Assembly (NCBI GenBank): GCA_964393945.1
Contig: CAYMVR010000001.1
Coordinates: forward strand, 1 to 31,645
Length of the DNA: 31,645 nt
Reading direction: 5' to 3'
Source: an uncultured Muribaculaceae bacterium
Lineage (GTDB): Bacteria; Bacillota_I; Bacilli_A; RF39; UBA660
Shown: piece by piece, positions 1 to 9,493 of the stretch
Layout of the letters: every line of letters starts with the position of its first letter
Position numbering within the stretch: the stretch's first letter is position 1
Program-made: the position numbers and the translations under genes
Notes under the pieces: model-generated
The model's database searches: none
The model's input: the letters and a program-made list of their open reading frames with translations, nothing else
What the model was told of the DNA's origin: nothing

Positions 1-566
1 CCTGGAATAATATCATTTTTAGGTAATATTCCTCTAGTTCTTCCTAAATCAATATAATAGTTTTTAGAATCTTCCATAGCAACAAGGCCAAGTAACATTT
101 CGTCTTGCTTATCTTGGAATTCTTCGATAATACTATTTTTTTCCGCTTCTCTTATTTTTTGAGTTAAAACTTGTTTAGCTGTTGCGGTTGCAACACGACC
201 AAAGTCTTTTGGTGTAACTTCGGTTTCAATTGTCTCTCCTACTTTAATGCCAGGAACTATTTCTTCGGCTTGTTCTAAAATGATTTGAGCATCAATATTA
301 ATTTCTGGAGGTATCTTAACAACATTTCCTTCTTCATCAGTTGTTTCAGTACCAAAATCTACATCATCAACAACAATTAAATAAGAAAATACTTTTATTT
401 CACCAGTTTCTCTATTAATTTCTACTCTAGCATTAGTTTTAGAATCAAAATTCTTTTTGTAGGCTGTAAGTAAGGCTTGTTCCATGCCTTCAAAGACAAC
501 TTCTTCACTTATTCCTTTTTCTTTTACAATATTTTTTACTGCTTTAATGAATTCTTCATTATTCAT
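1..566 (-). CDS. nusA: Transcription termination/antitermination factor NusA (N-terminal part; runs off the window start)
   Basis: Manual translation from ATG at 566: MNNEEFIKAVKNIVKEKGISEEVVFEGMEQALLTAYKKNF...EVTPKDFGRVATATAKQVLTQKIREAE, the typical NusA N-terminus. Start overlaps the rimP stop; RBS GAGGTG. Confidence 0.96.
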   Translation of the reverse strand, partial: MNNEEFIKAVKNIVKEKGISEEVVFEGMEQALLTAYKKNFDSKTNARVEINRETGEIKVFSYLIVVDDVDFGTETTDEEGNVVKIPPEINIDAQIILEQAEEIVPGIKVGETIETEVTPKDFGRVATATAKQVLTQKIREAEKNSIIEEFQDKQDEMLLGLVAMEDSKNYYIDLGRTRGILPKNDIIP

Positions 567-825
567 TATCTTCACCTCTTTCTTTGGATACAACATCTAG
601 TATGAACGAATCATCGGTAAAATCATATTCATCAACGATAGGATCAATAATTCTTGTAGCTTCCACGATAGTATCTAAATCAATACCTCCGATTTTATCT
701 AAAACGACAGATAAGACATTGTAATTACCACTGTTTTTTTCATAGGTAACACTGTCGGTAATGATATCGCTACTTTTTAATGTTTCTCTGATTTTGTTTT
801 CTAGTTCTTCTAATGTACGCTTCAT
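559..825 (-). CDS. rimP: Ribosome maturation factor RimP, short form (N-terminal domain only)
   Basis: LSVVLDKIGGIDLDTIVEATRIIDPIVD...FILDVVS matches the RimP N-domain pattern (GIxLDDC...LEVSS); sits directly upstream of nusA. Confidence 0.85.
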   Translation of the reverse strand: MKRTLEELENKIRETLKSSDIITDSVTYEKNSGNYNVLSVVLDKIGGIDLDTIVEATRIIDPIVDEYDFTDDSFILDVVSKERGEDNE

Positions 826-856
826 AACTCACCCTAATCTATATAAATATAATAAT

Positions 857-880
857 AAAAGTGGGAGTTTTTGCCCACTT
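857..880 (-). promoter_or_regulatory. rimP leader hairpin/attenuator-like stem-loop
   Basis: Minus strand AAGTGGG-caaaaact-CCCACTT followed by TTATT, between the promoter and the rimP start. Confidence 0.6.
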
Positions 881-895
881 AAATCTGTCAAAGTT

Positions 896-923
896 ATTAT
901 AACATAAAATTGGTATTTGTCAA
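896..923 (-). promoter_or_regulatory. sigmaA promoter of rimP-nusA
   Basis: TTGACA-N16-TATAAT with TG extended -10. Confidence 0.8.
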
Positions 924-954
924 AGTTTATTTTATAACTATTTAAAGTTGTTTA

Positions 955-1950
955 CTAATTTGGTGATGTTCCCTTATAAATAATCTCCGAATATGTAGAT
1001 AATTTTTTTCTTTCTAAAACGATGGGCTTTAAAGAAAGATAATCGACACCATCATCTGAAAAATATATTCTAACATGCATAGCGCCATTAGACTCTCTAC
1101 CACGTGTTAAAGAATTAACCGCAAAAGCACCACAACTAGTATCAATATAAGTAATATGCGAATGACCTAAAAAAGTACATATATATTTATTTCTTAGTTC
1201 CCTATTCTCACTATAATAGTTAGCAAGACGGTGGGCTAAATTGTTTTCTTGTAAATTTTGGTTGACATGAACTAACATGAAATTAGTTAGATTATTTCCT
1301 TCTCGATTTATTCCAATGGAAGCTTTTTTATTACCAAGAGATACAAAGTCGTCTCTATTATCAATAAAATATTCTAAAAAGTCAAAGCCAAAATAGGTAT
1401 TCCATTTATCGTGATTGCCTCCTAGAACTCCTTGGTACATACCGGGTATTAGGGGTAAATCCTCAATCATTTTACTTACATAATCTTTTAATTTTCTAAA
1501 GTATTCTAAATTATATACTTTGCCATCACAACTAAAATCGAAAAAATCACCTAAATTAATAATGGTAGTAATACCTTTGGTATCGCAATAATCCAGAACC
1601 CGGTTATAATCAACTTTAAAGCGAGGAGTATTAGCACCTAGATGATAGTCAGCGGTTAACATAATATCTAAATATTCGGCATTATCACATACTTCGATAC
1701 TAAAAACTTTTTGTTGTTCTAATAAAGGTGCTTCAATTTGATACTTTGGTCCTGATGGTGTAAAACCTGTAACTGTTACTTTTAGTTCATTTTGGATTTC
1801 TTGCAATATTTCTTTAATAACAGCATCTGTTATTGGAATATTTTCTCCTCTTAGATTGGCTTTTATTTCTCTTGTACTTATTCCTTTTTCACATAAATTT
1901 TTTAAAATATAAAATTTGGCTCTTGATAATTCTTCTTCTCTTAATCCCAT
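955..1950 (-). CDS. Calcineurin-like metallophosphoesterase with a putative N-terminal winged-helix domain
   Basis: Motifs ADYHLG, NLGDFFD, GGNHD and LGHSH in canonical order; the N-terminal ~70 aa are helix-helix-helix-beta hairpin like. Confidence 0.8.
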   Translation of the reverse strand: MGLREEELSRAKFYILKNLCEKGISTREIKANLRGENIPITDAVIKEILQEIQNELKVTVTGFTPSGPKYQIEAPLLEQQKVFSIEVCDNAEYLDIMLTADYHLGANTPRFKVDYNRVLDYCDTKGITTIINLGDFFDFSCDGKVYNLEYFRKLKDYVSKMIEDLPLIPGMYQGVLGGNHDKWNTYFGFDFLEYFIDNRDDFVSLGNKKASIGINREGNNLTNFMLVHVNQNLQENNLAHRLANYYSENRELRNKYICTFLGHSHITYIDTSCGAFAVNSLTRGRESNGAMHVRIYFSDDGVDYLSLKPIVLERKKLSTYSEIIYKGTSPN

Positions 1951-1972
1951 AACCTTACCCTCTTATATTTTT

Positions 1973-2001
1973 ATTTTATCATTATCTATTTTAGAAAGCA
2001 A
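1973..2001 (-). promoter_or_regulatory. sigmaA promoter of the phosphoesterase gene
   Basis: TTGCTT-N17-TAAAAT with TG extended -10. Confidence 0.6.
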
Positions 2002-2028
2002 CTTCCTATAAGACAAAAAAGAGAAGAA

Positions 2029-4533
2029 TTAAATATTTTCTTCTCTTAAGGATTCTAAGATGTTTTCTTTTTTAATTTTCTTAGTAGCATATTTCATAGC
2101 AATTATGACAATTATAAATACTCCAATAACCGTAATTAACATACTTCCCCATGGAATAATTAAACTTGTTTCAAAGACACCAGCCATAGCAAGGGCTATT
2201 AGAGCATTGATACCAATAGAAACTGGTATACCATAGAATAAAGATTTTAAACCAAAGAATAAACTTTCAAAGAATAATAATTTATTAAAGCCTTTTGGTG
2301 TTAAACCAACACTTCTTAGCATAGCGAATTCTTTTCTTCTTAAATTCATACTGGTATTAATGGTATTAATTACACTTGTAACACCAATTAAGACAACTAA
2401 AGCAATAAAGCCATAGAAGAGAATTTTAATTGCTAAAACAATATTCTTAATATTAGCATTCTCTATTTTAGGAGAGTTCATATTATTAATACTAGACTCT
2501 AAATTTATTTTTTTATCTTCATAATCTTTAGATATCTTCTTATAATCTTTAGTATTAAAAACATAGTTAGCACTAGATTCGATTGGATTAAATTTATTTT
2601 TATAAGTAGATTCACTTATTAAGAGAACAGGATGCTGTGAGTACAAAGCATTTTTTAAACCATAATATTCTTTATCACTGGTTACGGCTTTTATTTTGGT
2701 ACTACTGCCATCTACTTCTAGCGTATAAGTACCATTTTTTAGCATGGTTGTTTCTGTTGTTTTTCTTGTGTTTCCTTCATATATGGTATGATATTTTTTA
2801 TTTAAAATTAGACCTTCCTCAGAAGTTATTTTGGACATATCTTTATCGGGTAAGACAATTAATTGAACTGTGAGTTCATGGCGGTCATAATTTCCAGGAC
2901 CAATATTTTTCCACATAGTAGTAAAGGAATTTTCAAGATTATTGGTAATATCAATAAGTCCACGGTGAAGCATAATTCTTTCTTCTTCAATGTTATAACT
3001 TTGTTTAATGACATTAATATCTTTTTTAATAGTTTCAAGATCACTTGTTAAATCAAAACCAACATCATAGTCAGTGTTATCAACGGTATTAGTAGATTTT
3101 ACAATATAACCTAGGAATGAAGTAAAGGTATTAAACATAATAATACTTATAAATAAACTTATTATAGTTACTCGATATTTCTTTTTATTACGTTTGGTAT
3201 TTTTATGAGCAAGTTCACCTTCAATACCAAATATTTTGGTGATAATTTTAGGGGTTTTTACTTCACTTGCTTTGATCTTAATATCATCATTACCTCTTAT
3301 AGCTTCAATTGGCGTTACTTTACTACTTCTTTTAGCAGGTAGATAAGCAGATATTAAGATGACTAAAACCATAAATATTAATGGTATTACTAAATATAAA
3401 TAATTAACACTGAATAATAAAGTCATACCTAGTGATTCACTTATTAACATATTTAGGATTTTAACAACGACATATATTCCTAAAAAGCCTCCGATAATAC
3501 CAAGCGTTATACCAATACTTCCAACGATTAGAGCTTCAAATAAAACAGTTTTTTTAATTTGTTTTTGAGTAGCGCCAATAGAAGAGTATAAACCAAAGGA
3601 TTTTTTTCTTTCCATAGTAGAAATTGCAAAGGAATTATAAATGACGATAATACAACCAACAGAGATAACGGAAAGTGCAATAAGAATTAGAGGGAGAAGT
3701 GTATTATTAACATTTTCGTATTTGGTTGCTCCATAGTAGAAAAGAAGACTTTGATTAGGTACAAATTTATTTTTATCGACATTTATAGCTTGAGCTAATT
3801 CTTCAATATTATCAAATGTATCTTGAGGTTTTTTTAATTCAATAAAGGCACTTAGATGCTCAGGAGTGTTTTCTTCTTTAGTAAACAACATGTATCCTGC
3901 GGAATCATAATATTCAAAACTTGTTTTTTCAATGATACCTACTACTTTATAAGTTTCTGGTTTCGTATTTTCAATGGTTTCTTCTCCTACAACTTCTAGT
4001 TCGCCACCATTCCAAGTTTTTCCTATTGGGCTATTATCATTAATAACTTCACCTTCATAAGTTCTATTCCCCACATTAAGAGTTATTTGATCGCCTATTT
4101 TATATGACAGACTGCCATCCTTTAAAGCGTTTTCGCCGACGACTATTTCATTTGCAGCATTAGGAATACGACCATCTTTTAACTTTAATTCATTTAAAAA
4201 CTCACTGTTAGCTTTTGCTATATAAATGTAAGGTTTAAACGAGTTTTCAGTATCAATTTTAGCAAAACCAACACCAGTATAATATTTTATTTTCTCCACT
4301 TTAATATTTTTGTTTAAAATATCATATTCATCTTTAGTAATATCTTGAATAGCTACATGATATTTACCAAAATTTTCCTCAGCATCTAGTCTAGAAGTCG
4401 TTAAAAAGGTGGATACTAAAAGTCCTATTCCGACCATTAAAGATGTTGATAAAATAATACCTATGATTGTTACCAAGGTTCTTTTTTTATTCATCTTAAG
4501 ATGCTTAATAGTTAATTTATTTAGTATGTTCAT
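2029..4533 (-). CDS. ABC transporter permease, FtsX/MacB-like (two FtsX domains, large extracellular loops)
   Basis: Two FtsX-type segments (ERKKSFGLYSSIGATQKQIKK; LRRKEFAMLRSVGLTPKGF) and multiple TM helices; overlaps the ATPase gene. Confidence 0.93.
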   Translation of the reverse strand: MNILNKLTIKHLKMNKKRTLVTIIGIILSTSLMVGIGLLVSTFLTTSRLDAEENFGKYHVAIQDITKDEYDILNKNIKVEKIKYYTGVGFAKIDTENSFKPYIYIAKANSEFLNELKLKDGRIPNAANEIVVGENALKDGSLSYKIGDQITLNVGNRTYEGEVINDNSPIGKTWNGGELEVVGEETIENTKPETYKVVGIIEKTSFEYYDSAGYMLFTKEENTPEHLSAFIELKKPQDTFDNIEELAQAINVDKNKFVPNQSLLFYYGATKYENVNNTLLPLILIALSVISVGCIIVIYNSFAISTMERKKSFGLYSSIGATQKQIKKTVLFEALIVGSIGITLGIIGGFLGIYVVVKILNMLISESLGMTLLFSVNYLYLVIPLIFMVLVILISAYLPAKRSSKVTPIEAIRGNDDIKIKASEVKTPKIITKIFGIEGELAHKNTKRNKKKYRVTIISLFISIIMFNTFTSFLGYIVKSTNTVDNTDYDVGFDLTSDLETIKKDINVIKQSYNIEEERIMLHRGLIDITNNLENSFTTMWKNIGPGNYDRHELTVQLIVLPDKDMSKITSEEGLILNKKYHTIYEGNTRKTTETTMLKNGTYTLEVDGSSTKIKAVTSDKEYYGLKNALYSQHPVLLISESTYKNKFNPIESSANYVFNTKDYKKISKDYEDKKINLESSINNMNSPKIENANIKNIVLAIKILFYGFIALVVLIGVTSVINTINTSMNLRRKEFAMLRSVGLTPKGFNKLLFFESLFFGLKSLFYGIPVSIGINALIALAMAGVFETSLIIPWGSMLITVIGVFIIVIIAMKYATKKIKKENILESLREENI

Positions 4534-5218
4534 GATGGTCTCCTACTCTTTCATCACTTACAATACGTCCATCATTAATCGTGATAATTCTTTTTGCATG
4601 AAGCGCTAAGTTTTTATCATGCGTAATCATAATAATTGTTTGATTATATTTTTCATTAGATAACTCTAGAAGTTCCATTATCTCATTACTGGCTTTAGAG
4701 TCTAGATTTCCAGTTGGTTCATCAGCAAGTAAAAGAGCTGGATGGTTCATTAGAGCACGACCAATAGACACTCTTTGTTGTTGACCGCCTGATAATTCAT
4801 TTGGTAAATGCTCAACACGATTATCAAGACCTAGAGTATGAATGATTTCATTCAAATATTTTGTATCTGGTGCTTTTCCATCTAATAGTACTGGTAGTGT
4901 AATGTTTTCCTTAACATTTAATATAGGTATAAGATTATAAAACTGATAGATTAAGCCTACTTCTCTTCTTCTAAATATGGCTAGATTATTCTCATTTAAT
5001 TTATATACATCTTTACCATTTAAGTAAACATGACCACTTGTTGGTCGATCTACTCCTCCTAAAATATGAAGAAGCGTTGATTTACCTGAACCACTAGTTC
5101 CAACTATGGCAACAAAATCTCCTTTTTCGACACTAAAACTTACATCATCAAGAGCTTTAACTTGAATTTTACCTGATGTGTAAGTTTTACTTAAATTTTC
5201 AACTTTTAAAATTTCCAT
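4517..5218 (-). CDS. ABC transporter ATP-binding protein (LolD/MacB/BceA-like)
   Basis: Walker A GTSGSGKST, signature LSGGQQQRV, Walker B LLLADEPTGNLD, H-loop ITHD. Confidence 0.97.
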   Translation of the reverse strand: MEILKVENLSKTYTSGKIQVKALDDVSFSVEKGDFVAIVGTSGSGKSTLLHILGGVDRPTSGHVYLNGKDVYKLNENNLAIFRRREVGLIYQFYNLIPILNVKENITLPVLLDGKAPDTKYLNEIIHTLGLDNRVEHLPNELSGGQQQRVSIGRALMNHPALLLADEPTGNLDSKASNEIMELLELSNEKYNQTIIMITHDKNLALHAKRIITINDGRIVSDERVGDHHEHTK

Positions 5219-5255
5219 ATAATTCGTCCTTTCGCTATTTATTATATTAAATAAT

Positions 5256-5295
5256 TGTGACTATCATATGACTTTTATTATGACAATTTAGTCAT
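5256..5295. promoter_or_regulatory. Putative response-regulator binding site upstream of the ABC transporter
   Basis: Inverted repeat ATGAC-aattta-GTCAT (5280-5295) plus TGAC repeats at 5258, 5269 and 5281; resembles the BceR-type TGAC-N6-GTCA box. Confidence 0.6.
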
Positions 5296-5308
5296 TTTAT
5301 TAAGCAGT

Positions 5309-6496
5309 CTAATAGTTGTCTTTTTTCATAAATATGACTTTAAATGTTGTATAGGAATTTAACTTACTCTCAACTTCAATTTTACCATTTTGACGCTCTA
5401 TGATTAATTTTGCCATATTAAGACCTATCCCAATACTATTTTTAGATGAAGAAGTACTATAAAATCTTTTAAAAATGTTTTTGATATCTTCTTTTTTGAT
5501 GCCAGTTCCATTATCTTTTATAATAATGGCATCATATAAAGGATTAGTCTCGCCACTAATTTCAATACACCCTTGTTCTTTTAAGTGCTCAATAGCATTT
5601 TTAATAATATTAGTTATGGCTTCTTTAGTCCAATTCTTATCACATGTTAAAGTAAAGTCTAAGTTGTTTAATTCAATATCAACCTCTTTTAACTCTAAAG
5701 AGATAGATAAAGTTTCTAAAATAGAATTAATCATAGCACTTACATTTACTTTTTCTTTTTTTAATTTTACGGAGCCACTATCTAATTTACTATATTTTAA
5801 TAAAGTAATAATTAACCATTCCATTTTTTCTAATTCTTTAGCTTCTTTATTTAAAAAATTTGTTCTTTCTTCGGAAGTTAAATCATTATTTTTTAATATA
5901 TCATTCGTAACCATAAGGGCTGTTAACGGTGTTTTTAATTGATGAGATATATCTTCAAGAGTATTCATTAAATATATTTGTTCTTTTCTTTCGTATTCAC
6001 TTAGTTCTTTTAATTTTATAGCAACTTTACATATATCGTTTTTAAGTATAGATATTTCATCTTCGTTATAATCGGCAATATTAATATCATATGAACCTTT
6101 TAAAATATTTTGTAAGTATTTATTAATTTTGTTTATCTCTCTTTTTACTTTTAGAGAATATAAATAATAAATTGTTAAAATAAGAAGAACAATGGAAAAG
6201 TAAGTAATAGTGGTTGCAAATACTATTTCTTTTCTTATATCTTTATAAACTTGAAGTTCTTTAATAGTATCTTTATCTATACCATATTTAAGTAAATTAT
6301 CTTTCGTGTTTTTAGAATTTAATAAAATATCAATTACATTTTCTTCGGTTTCAGGATATTCATTTATAATAGCATTTATCGCACGAGAATAATTATTATA
6401 TATATAAGAATCACATTTTTTAATGATAAAAATGTTTAAGACAATAAGAAGAAGAATACTACTTACAAATATCAAAATTATTTTTTTACGATTCAT
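5309..6496 (-). CDS. Two-component sensor histidine kinase (2 TM, HAMP-like, HisKA, HATPase)
   Basis: H-box DISHQLKTPLT, N-box NIIKNAIEH, G1 IKDNGTGI, G2 GIGLNMAK. Confidence 0.96.
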   Translation of the reverse strand: MNRKKIILIFVSSILLLIVLNIFIIKKCDSYIYNNYSRAINAIINEYPETEENVIDILLNSKNTKDNLLKYGIDKDTIKELQVYKDIRKEIVFATTITYFSIVLLILTIYYLYSLKVKREINKINKYLQNILKGSYDINIADYNEDEISILKNDICKVAIKLKELSEYERKEQIYLMNTLEDISHQLKTPLTALMVTNDILKNNDLTSEERTNFLNKEAKELEKMEWLIITLLKYSKLDSGSVKLKKEKVNVSAMINSILETLSISLELKEVDIELNNLDFTLTCDKNWTKEAITNIIKNAIEHLKEQGCIEISGETNPLYDAIIIKDNGTGIKKEDIKNIFKRFYSTSSSKNSIGIGLNMAKLIIERQNGKIEVESKLNSYTTFKVIFMKKDNY

Positions 6497-7166
6497 AATC
6501 CACCTTATATCCTAACCCACGAACTGTTAATATAATTTTAGGGTTTGTAGGATCATCCTCTAGTTTTTCTCTAATTCTTTTTATATATACTGTTAAAGTG
6601 TTATCATTTACATATTCTTCTTCAGTATCCCAAATTTCAGCGAGTATAGATTCTCTTGTAAATACTCGGCCAGGATGCATAAATAAAATAAGAAGTATTT
6701 TATATTCTAGGGCTGTTAAAAAGATTTTTTCAGTATCTTTATAAACTGTTGCTTCTTTTAAATTTACTTTGATATTTTTGATTTCAATAATATTTTGTAC
6801 TTCATTTTTATTTACTCTTCTTAAAACTGAATTAACACGACTTATTAGTTCTCTTGTTTTAAATGGCTTAGTGATATAATCATCAGCACCAGTATCAAGG
6901 GCTTCCACAATAGTTGTTTCTAGGTCGTTTGCAGTTAAGAAAATAGTGGGAATATCTTTTTCTTTTTTTATTTTTTTATATAAATCGATACCATTACAAT
7001 CTGGTAAGTTTATATCTAGGAGAATTAAATCTATTTTATTATCAGAAATTATTTTTAAAGCATCACAACCCGTACTGGATTTTTCTACTTCAAAATTTTC
7101 ACGCTCTAGACAAAATTTTAAACCTTCTAAGATTGTACTATCGTCTTCTACAAGTAAAAGTTTCAT
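6486..7166 (-). CDS. OmpR-family response regulator
   Basis: LLLVEDD, LLDINLPD, GADDYITKPF, wHTH with TVRGLGYK. Start placed at ATG 7166 behind GGTGA (the ORF track starts at GTG 7178). Confidence 0.96.
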   Translation of the reverse strand: MKLLLVEDDSTILEGLKFCLERENFEVEKSSTGCDALKIISDNKIDLILLDINLPDCNGIDLYKKIKKEKDIPTIFLTANDLETTIVEALDTGADDYITKPFKTRELISRVNSVLRRVNKNEVQNIIEIKNIKVNLKEATVYKDTEKIFLTALEYKILLILFMHPGRVFTRESILAEIWDTEEEYVNDNTLTVYIKRIREKLEDDPTNPKIILTVRGLGYKVDYES

Positions 7167-7210
7167 ATAAATCACCAACTAAAGTATACCACCCTTTTAT
7201 ATTTTGTTCC

Positions 7211-7226
7211 ATTACAAAATTGTCAT
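7211..7226. promoter_or_regulatory. Second copy of the putative response-regulator box, upstream of the regulator gene
   Basis: Minus strand ATGAC-aatttt-GTAAT, near-identical to the box at 5280-5295. Confidence 0.5.
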
Positions 7227-7230
7227 TAAA

Positions 7231-7250
7231 GAAAAAGACTATTACTAGTC
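7231..7250 (-). terminator. Intrinsic terminator after the DUF1287-like gene
   Basis: GACTA-gtaa-TAGTC followed by TTTTTC, overlapping the stop codon. Confidence 0.55.
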
Positions 7251-7964
7251 TTCCCATGCCCTTATGATTTCATCTTTATTACTGATATTTTTAACATTCC
7301 ATCTAAAATGACCATTTATTGGATCTTTTTTAGCCCTAATTCTTAAAACATCTTCTTCTCTTAAAGGTTGTCCTGAGTTATGAATAACATAAGGTTCCCC
7401 ACTTCGATTTCTTTTATCACTAATGATACCTATATGAACAGTATTTTCACCAAAGATAACAATATCTCCTGGCTGCCACTCTTCTATTTCACTTATATCG
7501 TTCGTTAATACCTCAGCATATTTACTGAAAAATACATATAGATTGCCAACACGCCTAAAATCAATATTAGAATCAGGATACTTAATAGGATAATCACTTC
7601 TATTTTTCCTTATATCGTCATCAACCATTTTTCGCAAATTATATCCAGCATTTTTGAAGGCTCGCCATATAACATCAGTGCATACTCCTATATCATCAGG
7701 AGGATAACCCTCTTCCCAGTACTTGCTGTCATATTTGGGATGATTTTTAGCATCAATTTTAGCACCTAGTAAAATATCCGTATAATCATCAATGCCATTA
7801 TTATTGTAATCAACATCACTAATTATCACTTCAATATTAAAATCACTTGCTAAATAATATGGTTTATACATTTCATAGACAATAAATAGAAATGGAAGAC
7901 TACAAGCGATAATGCTCACGATAATTATAATAATTAATATTTTATGTTTCTTTATAAACTTCAT
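7245..7964 (-). CDS. Membrane-anchored DUF1287 (YijF)-like protein
   Basis: N-terminal TM; GYPPDDIGVCTDVIWRAF, DSNIDFRRVGNL, WQPGDIVIF, HIGIISDKR and IHNSG are motifs I associate with DUF1287. Confidence 0.85.
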   Translation of the reverse strand: MKFIKKHKILIIIIIVSIIACSLPFLFIVYEMYKPYYLASDFNIEVIISDVDYNNNGIDDYTDILLGAKIDAKNHPKYDSKYWEEGYPPDDIGVCTDVIWRAFKNAGYNLRKMVDDDIRKNRSDYPIKYPDSNIDFRRVGNLYVFFSKYAEVLTNDISEIEEWQPGDIVIFGENTVHIGIISDKRNRSGEPYVIHNSGQPLREEDVLRIRAKKDPINGHFRWNVKNISNKDEIIRAWED

Positions 7965-8881
7965 AAACTTCTCTTTTCTATCTTTCTTAATCTTACTTTA
8001 TTAAACTTATTATTTTTAGTTTGATAGTATTTCTCCATTTGATTAATTAGGAATTTTATTATTTTTATATCTTTAGTAGTTATATATTCTTGATGATATA
8101 ATTTTTTTACTAAAGCAAAGTATAAATCAATATTAGTTTTTCCTAAACTTTCTTCTAAACCTATTATATCATTATTTCGGATGCAAATTTTAATTAAATC
8201 TTTAAATTTGACATAGAATTCTTGCATTAATACTAGTTTTCTATCAAATATGCTATCTATTTTTAAATTGTAGGGAATGATTTTGCCACCTAAGTTCCTA
8301 AATATTTCTAAGACTTCTCTTGCAATTAATTCGTTTAATAACTCTTCAACTTCAGAAATTTTAAAGAGATTTTCTTTACTTTTAGGGGTTGTTAAAACAT
8401 GGTTTACTTCATGAATTATTGTTATGTCATCAACAAAATATATTGGTAAAACAATAATTGGATTTTGGCCTTTATAATCAAAACTTACTAAACCTATAGG
8501 GTCTATTAAGAAACTAGTATGTAGGTAATGAGTTAAAGAATTTCTTGGAAAACTTCTTAAACTATTTTGTCTTACTGACATATTATTTATGACTTGGTTT
8601 TTTGCTCCTTTTCTTCTTAAAGTATCTATTACTAATTCGTTTTGGATATAGTAACTAATTAATCTTTTTGTAAAATGATTTGAAGAAAAATCTTGACTAT
8701 TTAAATAAGCATCATAAGAAAAAGCAAATAAATAAGATACTTTATCTAATTCCTTAGCAATTATATTAGGATCTTCATTATAACATTTACCAAATGCTTC
8801 TAATAAAATATTCTCATTCGTGTTATACCATTTTTTAAATTTTTCGATCCAATCTTCACTTTGTTTTTTAACTAATCGCAT
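7961..8881 (-). CDS. Hypothetical protein with HExxH (possible zinc metallopeptidase)
   Basis: TIIHEVNHVL followed by EELLNELIA; own promoter TTGTAC-N17-TATAAT at 8913-8941 and RBS GAAGGA. Confidence 0.6.
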   Translation of the reverse strand: MRLVKKQSEDWIEKFKKWYNTNENILLEAFGKCYNEDPNIIAKELDKVSYLFAFSYDAYLNSQDFSSNHFTKRLISYYIQNELVIDTLRRKGAKNQVINNMSVRQNSLRSFPRNSLTHYLHTSFLIDPIGLVSFDYKGQNPIIVLPIYFVDDITIIHEVNHVLTTPKSKENLFKISEVEELLNELIAREVLEIFRNLGGKIIPYNLKIDSIFDRKLVLMQEFYVKFKDLIKICIRNNDIIGLEESLGKTNIDLYFALVKKLYHQEYITTKDIKIIKFLINQMEKYYQTKNNKFNKVRLRKIEKRSL

Positions 8882-8950
8882 TTTTATCCTTCGTTCTTTT
8901 TTAATGTCTTTTATTATAACTTATTTAGGAAAAATGTACAAATAAAAACT

Positions 8951-9493
8951 TTAGTTTTGAACTAAAGCCTTGTCTTTACAATATTGATATACATAATTAG
9001 TTGTTTTACAATCATCAACACTTCTATGAGAGCCATATTCTAAATGAAAGAATTTTTTTAATGTTTCTAATTTATAATTATAAGCCTTAGGAATATACTT
9101 ACGAGCAAGTTCCACGGTATCAATATTTTTATTATTTATCATATCAAGTCCTAGTTTATTTATTTTTTCTTCGATAAAACCAAGGTCAAATGGGGCATTA
9201 TGAGCCACTAGTGGTAAATCTTCAATAAAAGTAATAAACTCTGGTAAAACTTCTTTAATAGTTCTTTCGTTTTTTACATCATTATTAGTGATTCCAGTTA
9301 TAGAGGTTATAACTTCAGGAATATCACATTCAGGATTTATTAGAACACTAAATTCATCAACTAATTCATTATTGCGATACTTTAATGCACCAATTTCGAT
9401 AATTTCACTCGTATTTGCTTCTAATCCAGTTGTTTCTAAATCAAAAACAACATAATCACTTACTAAATTTTTTTCTTTTCTTAATTCTATCAT
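8951..9493 (-). CDS. DEDDh 3'-5' exonuclease (DnaQ/PolC proofreading-like, standalone)
   Basis: VVFDLETTG, VAHNAPFDLGFI, HRSVDDC. Confidence 0.92.
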   Translation of the reverse strand: MIELRKEKNLVSDYVVFDLETTGLEANTSEIIEIGALKYRNNELVDEFSVLINPECDIPEVITSITGITNNDVKNERTIKEVLPEFITFIEDLPLVAHNAPFDLGFIEEKINKLGLDMINNKNIDTVELARKYIPKAYNYKLETLKKFFHLEYGSHRSVDDCKTTNYVYQYCKDKALVQN

